Source: Dicyema japonicum (Eukaryota > Animalia > Dicyemida). Taken from it: a DNA stretch of 64,000 nt. Position 1 is the stretch's first letter. The number at the start of each line of letters is the position of its first letter. A program made the position numbers and the translations under genes. Positions 52,341-64,000 of this stretch are shown piece after piece. Location of the stretch: contig RDEW01000060.1 in the NCBI GenBank assembly GCA_011109175.1, positions 47,949 through 111,948 of the forward strand. The letters run 5' to 3'. A model generated the notes under the pieces. It did not search any database. It was not told the origin of the DNA and saw only the letters and a list, made by a program, of their open reading frames with translations.

Positions 52341-53279
52341 GGGCGGTTGAAATGAAGAAAAACATTGCTGTCATTATCTTCCGTACTCTAATGTGGCTTT
52401 GCACAATTCACTCACTCATAGATGATTTAACAGCTTCGTATGGGTAAAATCCATTTGTAAAAAAGGGTGATTTCAGGATGAGGAATTTTTCCTGACTTCA
52501 TGGTACCCACACAGTATTGATGTTGGCCAGTAAGAGCAAGGGTCATCTCACGTTTAATCTGATCAGTGACGGAAGTATTAAGGATTTCTTTAATATTGGT
52601 GGAATTTTGTATTTGCATATCGAGTGGCTTAAAATTGGGTTATTGACTCAATTGTGTGGTCCCGAATGCTTCAACTCTGCTATAAAGATATTATCTTCCC
52701 GGGATAACGTGCATTTTATAAAATTGGTCGTTGATAATGCATACTCAGTCTATGGAACTACTTGTCCTGCTATTTCTCAATTATCCAAATCTTATAGTAA
52801 GGTTTTTGGATTATACTCTCTAGTCTGTTCTCTAATTAGTATGGAGTATTGTTTCAGAGCCGAATTTCTTGAAAAATAAACATATTGAGCGCTGCAGAAT
52901 AACTTAAGCTCAAAATCAAACGGCCACGTCCTATAGGGGGTGAGTTTATCCATCCTGACCAGTAGAGGCAACCTTCAATGAAGTACAAGTTTCACTTCAA
53001 ATCTCAAAAGGTATAACTCAGATATACCAAAATTCTTGAACGAGTTTTAATAAAATTAATTTAAGAAAATCTTTCTTTTTTGTGCCAAGGAATATGACAG
53101 AACGTCAAAAAAATTTCTTAGTAACAAAGTCTAATTTCGTGTTGAAGTTCTTTTTAATCATAATGTTTCTTAATGTATAGTTGATTCTTAACATATGTGG
53201 TCATTGATTTATCTACTATAAATTGAGAATGTAGAATATTATTTTTATTCAAAAATAGGATTTTTTAACAAGAAATCAA

Positions 53280-53520
53280 ATGTCAGTTGAGGAAGCCGGC
53301 TGCGTGGATGGCGAACGAGTTTCCTCGGAGTATGGGCATTCCAATCTTCTGTCTCAGCCATAATCCTTCTCTTTAATGCCTTTTCTTTCTGGCAAGAATT
53401 CCTTCTAGTTCTCGGAAGAACTCAGCCGTCATTGGACTAACGGCTCCCGATGATTCGATGGAAACAGGAGTAATCGGTAGCGTTCCCAGATGTAAATATA
53501 TTTCTTAATTTTTAGGACCT
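53280..53520 (-). mobile_element. RLE 3'-end remnant (CRE-like)
   Basis: KIKKY...PVSIESSGAVSP matches the KxxKY...PxxxExxG motif. Confidence 0.55.
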
Positions 53521-53589
53521 TGTGGAATATCAAATGTCTACCGATTCATGATTAAGTGTCACCTTACAATGGAGACTATAGATGGTACA

Positions 53590-54075
53590 TATGTAAGAGA
53601 CAATATCCATAATGTTTTTAGTCGCTCGGCTGACATATAATTCGATATTTGCCATAGTGCTCATTAAGGGTACAAATAACTTTCGTCTCTTGTAGGCACT
53701 TAACAGATAGGTCGTATCGCTCCAGGTCGTCACAGAGAATCTTCCTCGACCTAGTCGTAGATAAGCATCTGGAATTGAACGTAAGAACCTTTAGACGAAA
53801 TCCATCTTTTTGTGTCCATTGCCTTTTAGAGATTTTTCACAATTGAGATTCAATCAAGAAACGAGGCGCGTCACCACCTCACCTAAAAACACGTTTATCG
53901 AGCCAATACTAATATACAATTCCGGAACACGGAGAACCTCAAAAACGATTTAGAGAGGCGATATACTTGTCACAGAAGCCAACTGCGTTTACTCACTGAA
54001 ACCTTCTGTCTGAGAAAAATCTCAAACGAGTAACAATCAACTCCATGTAAATCAACTCCAATTAGTATGGACGTA
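53590..54075 (-). mobile_element. RTE-like 5' fragment with upstream flank
   Basis: Homologous to 60880-61160 and 21260-21460; KVLTFN...ILCDDLER. Confidence 0.8.
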
Positions 54076-55795
54076 ACAATCTGAACAGCAACTCACAAAA
54101 GTAAGTTTCCATAAGACACAGAAAGTCGCTAGTTTATCAAAACCTGCTCTTTCGGAGAGAATTCCATTGACCTCTAAAATGCTCCTGACCTACTTTGGTC
54201 ATCAGCTTATAGAATATTGGATACACATTATTAGATTTTAACTTCGTGATCCAGTGGAGTATATATAATCACATTTTTCTCGGTCATCCGGAATTAAAAA
54301 TAATAATAGACATAATATCAATACTTATTATGTATTGGATAATGAAGAAAAAACTGAGATTATTGGCGAACATTTATCAGGAATTTTGAATGTAAATGAA
54401 ACCTCATATATGGAGCTATTTGAGAATAACCAGAAAGCCTGAATCTACCATATTTATCATATCTACAGAGGAAACTAATCTGTCAATCATTATATTATCG
54501 ACAACGTAGCAGCAGGACCAGACAATGATCAATTATGCACCAGGCGAAGATTTTCATGACAAAGATTTTCAATAAAGTATTTGAGATACATTCTCCCTTG
54601 AAATTTGCTGATGGAATTTTGATTTTTAGCATAAACTAAAAAAAACAAGGGAGCGATAAAAAATCTAAGACCTGTGACATTAATGGAATATTGAGGAAGA
54701 TATAATCTCTGATTTTCTTAGTCTGATATATTCTAATGTATATGAATTTTTGTCGCCGGGACAGAGTGGGTTAGAAAGGGACGCTCGATTGCAGATGCTG
54801 TTTAATCCCACTGGTGGATATGTGCCGTGTGTCAACGATACAAGAGTGATTTTAGGATTTTGGGAGTGGACATTGTCGTATTGATTTGACAAAAGATTAA
54901 TGTAAAAAGATTCAAAGATTAATCTTTATTAAAATCAAAATTTGTTCTCTACGATAGTCCATATCGTAGTCTCATCCCAACCGTCGATAGGTCTTGTTCA
55001 AGATAGTCGGAAGTGTTGTTCTTGGTCATCCGGAAGTATTGTTCTTGGTCATCCGGGAAATTAGTCTCCTTTGTGTGCAAAGTAGTTGACCATTACGAAA
55101 TTTGAAGGACTGGTCATTGGGACGTTTTAATTAAAAATATCATCTGACCTCACGTCGATTTTGATTTATTATGAAGGTTTACATCAGAGATCTTCATAGT
55201 CATGTTCTATCCTTTTCTTGTGGCTAGTTCGCATATCAGTTGGTGGTTCTTGTGAGGTTGTTTAAGTCCTCTGCAATTGAAAGTTCCCAAAGAATACGAA
55301 TAAGACATAGTTCAATAGAGATATTGTCACCACTTCAACCAATTCAGCACAATACTTCTAAATAATTTCAACTTCTTAAAAATAAATTTAAGGTTTGCAG
55401 CTAGAAATCTTATTTACGTCAAGTGTCAAGCATGAAAAAGTTTACTAAGCCTATATTATTAGCAGCTCTATCAAGCTACTAAATAACCATTCGTTTCATT
55501 TGAAATATTTTCTTAAAAATAGTAGATTAAAAGAGAATAACGTCCTATGAAATTTATCAGGTCTAATTTTAATTTGTATATTAATGTAAAAAAAATTTTA
55601 TGAAATTGAATCAAGTAAGAAAACAGGAATCAAGTTAAAGAAAATATCTGTCAAGGAACCACGATAATTGATTAATCTCATTTGCCATCATAAGGGTTGA
55701 TAAGTGATTGTTTAAGTAAATTAAACAATTAACCCAATTTAACCGAAAGAGAATCATAATTAGTTTAACTTAAAGAATGGCTTAGCGAAGAGTGA

Positions 55796-58083
55796 TTAAT
55801 TCAGGGATTTCATTTTGATATAAATATTGTCAATGACTGCAGTACGTATTATAAATATAATCAATGACAACAGTAGTCCGACAACTCCACATACGATTCC
55901 AATTATTTGATGTTTCGTCAGTTTTTTTACAAATATACTTTCAGAAGATATTAATTCTTCAAAACTTATTTCATTTAAAATTTAGTCGGTTTTATTACGA
56001 TGTTTAAATATGGTTTTTTGTCTTTAATTTCATTCGATGTTGGTTCTTCAAAGCATCCTTTATCTAAAATTCTGCCGGATTTATTTACCATCTCCAATAA
56101 ATTCAAAACTCAGATCATTGCGGAAAAATTGTAATTTAAGAGATGAAATTTCGATAGTCACATTTTTATAGTTTTGTGAGATGAATGCACATTGATAATA
56201 TCCTCCCATTTTAATTTGTTTAAATTGCTTTTCAAGTAAAACACATTTATCTCTTTCATGTCCAACACAAACATAAAAATTATTAATAATATATTTTCCT
56301 TCATTTAGTTTATCCGCCGTAATAAATATTTTTGATTTTACACCATTCAATATNTTGTGAGATGAATGCACATTGATAATATCCTCCCATTTTAATTTGT
56401 TTAAATTGCTTTTCTAGTAAAACACATTTATCTCTTTCATGTACAACACAAACATAAAAATTATTAATAATATATTTTCCTTCATTTAGTTTATCCACCG
56501 TAATAAATATTTTTGATTTTACACCATTCAATATCTCCTCATAACCGTGGGGTTTCTAGCCCAATTGGAACCCTTAGATACACGAGAGACGATTGGAAGA
56601 GGTCAGTTAGATTCATTATTTCATTACCTTCTGGTAATCACTTGTTGGGAAGACAAATATATTTGACACCTTTTCTGGTTCAGATTGCTGACGACGACAC
56701 ACTCACCTGGAAACGTGGAAGACGCAGCGGAGGGTTGGGAAAATTCTAAAGTACGAATTTCTCATAGAAAACTACCATTTCATTCTTAATTCATTAAGCC
56801 ACTTAATGAATCATCTCTCCAATATCGGAGTGAAGATCGCTTAGTAGAGGTGCGAACCCCAAGAAGGACTTTGGTTGAGACAGAGACTCGAACTAACGGT
56901 GAACAGAATATACACTTGCGCAATCTTTTTATCATATTTTTTCTCTAATGTTCTTTTTTGGTAATTAAAGTGAGGGTTTCCCATTTATAAATGTGGAAAC
57001 AACACATACTACACTTTACAGAGAGGAAATTCCATCTGTCCTCAGGTTTTTGAAAACTTAAAAAACCAGCCGATTGAGTTTTAATTAAAGATCTGATTCA
57101 TTGTTTTTATGTATCTGATTCATCTGATTCATCGGTAATAGGGGTTGCAGAATCAAATCCTTCGTATCTCTATTCTCCAAATTCCTATCGCTGACGAAGA
57201 TGAAGTTTTGTAGAACTACATTACTCGTGCGACTATTGAATAAGGATCCCCCACTGTTACCTACAATCCACCACAACGAATGTTGATGGTCACAAAAAAT
57301 GCGGCAATATTGAGTTTTAATCAATACTTTAATGACACTGTGACGTCAAACCATTCAATATATATTTATGGTTTCTGTACACACGTGTTAACATATTATA
57401 GTGATAATCACTGAAATGCTCTTCTTTTATCTAAGAATCAATGCAAACGTGTACAATTTTGTTATTGTCAATATATGATATTTTGATATTTCCACTTATT
57501 ACTGCTCTGATTCTATTTTTGTTAAATAAAAACCAAATCGACGTATTTGGGTCATTTTTTGGGTTACAGTCATTAGCTAAATAAATTTTAATAAAAACCT
57601 TTTCCAGTAAAATAATACAAACCAGGATGATTAAGATTTTGCAACTTGGTTGAATAAATTGTGATAGATAAATTATTCGAAAAACTAATATAAGTATAAC
57701 CACATCGATAGTAATCTCCATATCTAGTTTTGGGAATCTTTGTAATATTTGTATAACGTTTACTACCTTAGTACAACAAAAAGCGTACCATAATCAATTT
57801 CAGTTATAAAGTCAATAGTATAAAACTCACTGTAAAAATGTGGAATAAGTTTAAAATTTATATTATATTGAAAAAAACTATACATTCCATAAGTTTTCCA
57901 GCAATCTATATCTGTATTCCAATTTAAAAACCATAACCGATATTCCTTAAGTTAATGTAATATATACTTTATAAGGATTCTTATAAATTAGATATGAATC
58001 AATTAATATTAATTCCGATCGGATTTTATTTTGACGATTTTGCTTAACAGAATAAATATGATAAAATTTATAGTTCTGTTCAT
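55796..58083 (-). pseudogene. LAMP-like gene copy disrupted by an 815-bp insertion
   Basis: Colinear with 46851-48144; ORFs 57431 and 56081; insertion at 56535-57349; early stops. Confidence 0.75.
56535..57349. mobile_element. Unclassified TSD-flanked insertion without tail or TIR
   Basis: 12-bp TSD ACCATTCAATAT at 56523-56534 and 57350-57361; splits a LAMP-like exon. Confidence 0.75.
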
Positions 58084-58899
58084 GTAATCTAAATTTTATT
58101 AGGTCAATTTTTATTTTATTTAAATTTTTAACATGATTTTTTATTATTTTTATTTAATATCTATAATAAATATAGTCAGACGTTTACAAAAACTGATACA
58201 ACCCAAATCAAGATTTACGAACTCTGTAGACATACAAAAAAACTCGGGTCAAAAGTGACGCTGAGGATATTAGTCCAAGGAAAATCGTGGCCACTATATA
58301 CTTCAAAAAATGTACAATATCTGGATAAGAAAGAGTAATGTATCACTGAAACTTTCTTGTCAACCAAGGAAAATCGTGGCTACTATATACTTCAAAAAAT
58401 GTACAATATCTGGATAAGAAAGAGTAATGTATCACTGAAACTTTCTTGTCAAACTATACGACACGCTTATTATGTATTTAAGCACTTCACGAAAGCCATA
58501 CTAATTATAGCCCCGCATGTTCAGCAAAAGAAACAAGGTTAGATGTCATCCTTCTCCATGCTCACCTGTTCCTAGCCAAGGCTCACATGATGTCCAGATC
58601 GTCGGCATTTATTACATTTTTTTAATATTGACCAGGTCTTTNACCCAAATCAAGATTTACGAACTCTGTAGACATACAAAAAAACTCGGCTCAAAAGTGA
58701 CGCTGAGGATATTAGTCCAAGGAAAATCTTGGCTACTATATACTTCAAAAAATGTACAATATCTGGATAAGAAAGAGTAATGTATCACTGAAACTTTCTT
58801 GTCAAACTATACGACACGCATATTATGTATTTAAGCACTTCACGAAAGCCATACTTATTATAGCCCCGCATGTTCAGCAAAAGAAACAAGGTTAGATGT

Positions 58900-61135
58900 C
58901 ATCCTTTTCCATGCTCACCTGTTCCTAGCCAAGGCTCGCATGATGTCCAGATCGTCGGCATTTATTACATTTTTTTGATATTGACCAGGTCTTTTTGTAA
59001 GACTATTTACAGTATTGTTCTTGGTCTTCCACGATAGCGTCTTTGTTGACTAACATAGTATGTTTCCATCGATATGTTAGGTGGGGATGTTAATTCAATC
59101 CTCAGCACGTGTCCGAAGAATTTCCATCGGGATTCCAGTACTTCTAAGCTGATAGGTATAAAGCTGCATCTCTTATATAATGCATTCTTCGATATTCTCG
59201 TTGGCTAAGTAGTTCCTGTTATTTTTCTCAGCTGACTTCTGTGGAACGAGTCGAGTTTTTCCATATCCGCTGATGAGATCGCCCAAGTTCCAGCTTTATA
59301 TAAAAGTACGGGTTATATGAATGAGTCGTATAATAGGATTCTCATTTTCGTGTCGATGCCTTTTTGATTGAGCTATAGATTCTTCAGTTTATATAACTCA
59401 GCATTGGCTAGAGTTTTCCTACGTAAGATATCTTCGCTATCTCTCAAAAGTGGACTGAGTTTCTTTACTTATCTTCTAGGACGTTGCTCATCCTTCTTAT
59501 CTCTGTGAGTTCTGATTTCTCTCTGTTCACAGTAGAACCCATTTCGCTAGTACATCTGGTGCTTTTTCTAATAGGTTTTCCAAAACATTTTCGTCTTCAG
59601 AAATTAAGTCTACATCGTCAGCGTAGATTACTTCTTCCGTCTCGTAGATTACCGCTCAGGAACATCTGGATGAATAGCCTTCAGGTGCATTTTACTATTC
59701 TCCCTTTTGCCAAGACATGCTTCAGCAGCTTACTTGATGGTGTCCTTTGTTTGTTTCCATGCGTCTTCTAACGTGGAATACACCAATACGTCCTGTATAT
59801 GAGTCTGAATGTATTTTTGATATTTCTCAGTAGTCTCCGGTTGGGAAATCAGCCTTTCAGTCGCGTAGTCGCCTCTGATTTTCTCAAATTCGTGATTTTT
59901 TGACATTCATGTATTTGATGGCATGTTTATACACTTTACAGAGAGGAAATTCCATCTTTCCTCAGGTTTTTGAGAACTTGAAAAACTAGACGATTGAGTT
60001 TTAATCAAAGATCTGATTCATTGTTTTTATGTATCTGATTCATCTGATTCATCGGTAATAAGGGTTGCAGAATCAAATCCTTCGTATCTCTATTCTCCAA
60101 ATTCGTATCTCTGACGAAGATGGAGTTTTTGTGAACTACATTACTCGTGCGACTATTGAATAAGGATCCCCCACTGTTACCTACAATCCACCACAACGAA
60201 TGTTGATGGTCACAAAAAATGCGGCAATTTCGAGTTTTAATCAATACTGATGGCATGTTTATTCAGGGTGAAGGTCGCAATAACCATCTTGTGGTCGCTA
60301 ACAGTCATCGAGCATTCATATGAATGAGCGTTTACTAGAAAGTGTTTGGCTTTAGCCCGGCAAATGACATAATCTATTTGGTTGTATATTGGGACCAGCT
60401 TTCTTTCAGAGATCCTTCGCTTCCCCATTCACATAGTTTTGTGGCAGGCAGAAGGCGTACATGCAGTATTGCATAGAAAAAGGTTGTTTGCCATACGAAA
60501 GTGACCAGGTATTGTCCACGGTAGGTTTCTTATTTTACGCCCATGTTATCACAAGTAAACGTCATCCGGGATATTCTTCATCCTGATTTTTCTAGCGATG
60601 AATATTAGTCAAATCCTTAGCAATGAATATTAGTAATGACGACTCATATTCGTATGTCGTCCGTAACAGTTTTTATTAGAAGTCGTCTAGTTCTGTCGGA
60701 TCTATTGCTACTCTCCCGCAGTGTAGTGCATAAACATTTACAATTGTCAGAAAACTCTTCGATAGAGGTAAGTCGTTTAGTCGGATTTTTATAACACAGA
60801 TCCTGTCATTCACACTCCATATACAGTGGACTACACTTGTCAACTTTGAGTGGATGACAAATCCAAGTCCATAATGTTTTGAGTCGCTCGGCTGACATAT
60901 AATTCGATATTCGCCATAGTTTTCATCACGGGTACAAGTAACTTTCGTCTCTTTTAGGCACCCAATAGATACGTCGTATCGCTCCAGGTCGTCACAGAGA
61001 ATCTTCCTCGACCTGGTCGTAGATAAGCCTCTAGTATTGAACGTAAGAACCTTTAGACGAAATGCATCCCTTTGTGTCCATTGCCTTTTAGAGATTTTTC
61101 TCAATTGAGATTCTATCATAAACGAGGCGCGTCAC
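58900..61135 (-). mobile_element. RTE-like LINE with ORF start, large internal RT deletion and nested insert
   Basis: ORF 60676-61119 (KVLTFNTRGL, CLKETK, HYGLGF); deletion junction at ~59643-59655. Confidence 0.9.
59931..60247. mobile_element. 317-bp tailless insertion, same family as 57011-57327
   Basis: 15-bp TSD TGATGGCATGTTTAT at 59916-59930 and 60248-60262 inside RTE sequence that is uninterrupted at ~22190 and ~44465. Confidence 0.85.
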
Positions 61136-62074
61136 CACCTTACCAAAAAACACGTTTATCACCAAAATCTTTGTACGTTAACAACCACCTCACCAAAATC
61201 TTTGTACGTTAACAAACTAAATGATAGACTATCCTACAATGTATTGACGAAAAATTTAAGTAAAAAAGAATGATAGTGACTTAAGATGGTCGGCAATGCA
61301 TCATTTGAAATTCATCAAATAAATTAGATAATAACAAAATTTATAATTTAGTATCAATATATAAAATCCAAATAATTGACATGAATGGTTTTACTCGAAA
61401 ATGTAAGAAATTGATCGATGATAATTCTTGCATTTGTAGTAAACCCTCCAATGAAATGAGGATTTATTTGATAATTTTTGAGTAACGTCTTTTGCACTTT
61501 ATGCTGTTTCCTGATGGACTTTTTTCTTTAGAAGTGGAAACAAAATTCACTTAATTAGTTGTTTACTTTACTTCATATTCGGTGTATCCGGGGGTAATAA
61601 ATTAATTTTTTTGAAACTTTTAAGTTTTTACTTTATTTTTTGAAAACCCTAGACCACAAAAAAAGAATGGCTAAACCCACTAATTGGGCCATCTCTGTCT
61701 CCAATAGCACCCGACGTACACTTGAATGTTCCACCAGCGACTGATCTGTCATACGCAAGTGCATTCTTTTATGTCTGCAGAAGAATTCTATCCGGGTGCA
61801 CTTCTTTATTGTCAATTCCTGCATGAGTCACCCTTTCTCTGAATCAGTATCCTAACTCTTGAAAAAACGTTGGAGACCCAAGCCATTTCTCGGATGGGAG
61901 AACTGTCAACATGCATGAGCTAACTGGTGGTAGGATTTCTTTAAGTTATTTTTCTTTTGAAATCTTCTATCAAAGGTGTGTCAAACATGCGGTTCTCGAA
62001 AAGCATAGGTAAGGATTTAATGGTTATAAAAAACAAAAAAAATCATTTTTTACTTTTAATTAAATTTTTTCAAC

Positions 62075-62180
62075 AGTGTTGGATGACAATGGGGTCGATG
62101 CACGTGGCATCCAAAACCAATGGCTTCCCCTCCTCGAACGTTAAAATTGTAATTCCGACCGGCCGTTTTCCGTCTCCTCT
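62075..62180 (-). mobile_element. CRE RLE fragment
   Basis: RGDGKRPVGITILTFEEGKPLVLDATCID, homologous to 18865-18950. Confidence 0.8.
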
Positions 62181-62199
62181 GTTAAAGTTAGGTTAAGGA

Positions 62200-62395
62200 T
62201 AGGCAACACCATGAAGTTGATCACTTCGGCGCAGGCATCACGGCTCAGCTAAAAAGCCCTCATAACACTCAATCTTTGCAAAGTCCGTTTCTTAACAAGG
62301 ACAGTGTGCTCCTGGAAATTACACTTGCTACAGTTGAAAGTTACTCCAAGGTACCTCATCCGCCCATAGAATGTCACTTTGATCGAAGGTTTCCA
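62200..62395 (-). mobile_element. LINE RT thumb fragment
   Basis: RMRYLGVTFNCSKCNFQEH. Confidence 0.55.
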
Positions 62396-62989
62396 CACTT
62401 TTTCAAACGCCTTCTTTAGAAAAAATGTACAGTTTTGCGCATCCTTTTATATTCCAAATGTATTTTTGGCAGAAACAATTTCTAGCAAAAAAAAAGTTAG
62501 TAAATAAACTGCTTTTGTCTTTGGAGTCGAATTGATTATATTCAAATTATTTTGACTATTTGAGCTACCATCTTCATTATTCGTCAATTTTCTTTTACAA
62601 CCACTCGAAAAATTTATCCATGCTATTGTGCCAATTTAAATTAAATTTATTTAAAAAAAAATATAATTTTTAAATTAATAACTATTATTATTTCATATAA
62701 TCACGATTTTTATGTAAATTTAATTTTACAAAAAAATATTTCTGATAAGCTTTTAGCGGCTGAGTTGAGTCCTCTGGTTATAGACCTCTGGTTAGTTGAG
62801 ACCTCTGACCTCTGGAATTCATTGATTAGCACAAGCTAATCACACTAGCTTATAATTTCATCAACTGCGCCTTGCATCCTTGACAAGCCACATCTGGACT
62901 CTACTAGTGATCCCAGAGTACTATGTCAGCAGCATAGACTAGTCATTTTTTTACATTGACTTGGTCAGGGTGCGTTGACATGCATAAAT

Positions 62990-63625
62990 TAAAAAGAGTA
63001 ATGCGCATCATCGCCCTTGTCGAACTCCAAGTTAGATCTTAACTTCTAGATCGACATTGCCTAAATGTAGTCATCTGGTCTTCCAAAAAGGTGGAGATCC
63101 AACTTTTCAACTTCAAGGGAATTCCTCTTCGACCGTTGTGTCAGACCGAATCGAACGCCCTTTCCAAATCAAATACAGTACAAGTGTCACTTATTCATCT
63201 TCGGATCTGAGAGATCAACTTCCAAAGGCAACCACAGAATCGCCCCTAATGAAATCTCAACTGAAAATCCGAGAGGATGTCTTTTATGATACATTTTTAG
63301 GCTAACCTCTGGTTCTTCAATCTTAGATTTTAGCAAAGGCCGGTAGCAGGCTAATAGGGCGATAGCTACTAGGGTTTTCTGTATTTTTTCCTGGTTTTCT
63401 CAAAAAACGCGAACGGCCTCTTTCCAACGTCTAGGAACGAAACCCATCCTGATGCTACCGTTATACAGTTTTATCAGTTTTTCAGAATACTTACAGGCAT
63501 GTGTTTGAATGGCCATGGAGATCTTGTCTTGGCCTGAAGAGTTGTTCTTAGAAATGCGACTAGCAGATAGGGCCTCTTCCATTGCTATCATCTGGAAAGG
63601 AGCGCTCGAGGCTTTTAAAAGCATC
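62990..63625 (-). mobile_element. Jockey-like LINE RT fragment
   Basis: SSGQDKI, GFVPRRWKEA, KPGKNTENPSSYRPISLLP, DLERAFDSV across frames. Confidence 0.8.
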
Positions 63626-64000
63626 TATCGATTATTATATTGTTTTTGATTTAGAAAATAAAAAATAAAAACGCACAGTCTGTGTCTCTCCGAAGAGATA
63701 ACATCCTGCACGCACGGAAGGGCAAACCTCTTGAAAAATTCACTTGAACGAACTATCTAGATGAAACTTATACCTGAGCGAATGTCTCCACGATTTCGCC
63801 TGGGTCCGATGTTTTAGAGTCATCCAACACGGATCTTAACCTTTACCCGACAGGCACTTCAGATGCTTTCAAAAGTCTTGCCATGTGTCTTCACCCTCTT
63901 AGGCCCTCTTCACCTATCACTATCAAGCTCCACAAAACCCTTATTTATTTCCAGTTGGAAATAGTTGATTTTCCTCTTGTTGTAATTAAGATTATCCTCG

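Noticed and set aside
52390-52930. ORFs 52427/52517, possible DNA-transposon remnant
   Set aside because: No recognisable catalytic motif, TIR pair or TSD.
62760-62820. Repeated GACCTCTG(G) units
   Set aside because: Short irregular repeat; no CRISPR-like spacers; eukaryotic context.

Overview
AT-rich eukaryotic (animal-like) genomic window, dominated by transposon remnants and shuffled segmental duplications. Host genes have extremely short GT-AG introns (22-35 nt) and use the standard code. I infer a dicyemid-like mesozoan from this, but cannot verify it. Recognisable host genes, mostly missed by the ORF track because of the micro-introns: two intact SERF/4F5 copies, the 5' part of an SLC6 transporter, a four-copy family of two-domain LAMP-like type I membrane proteins (one copy fully open across six 22-25 nt introns), two damaged ENT/SLC29 copies, and a possible nuclear-receptor LBD fragment. 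Mobile elements: a near-complete CRE-clade (PHD + RT + RLE) retrotransposon whose structure and 12-bp TSD fit twin priming; RTE-like, Jockey-like and CR1/L2-like LINE remnants; a tRNA-derived SINE sharing its 3' end with a LINE; a Buster-type hAT element (8-bp nnnTAnnn TSD) enclosing an intron-containing rve-integrase (Ginger-like) gene; a hAT MITE; and tailless TSD-flanked inserts. Many junctions carry locally templated insertions. Single-n gaps flanked by duplicated sequence are treated as assembly artefacts. All family assignments come from manual translation and motif recognition, not database searches.
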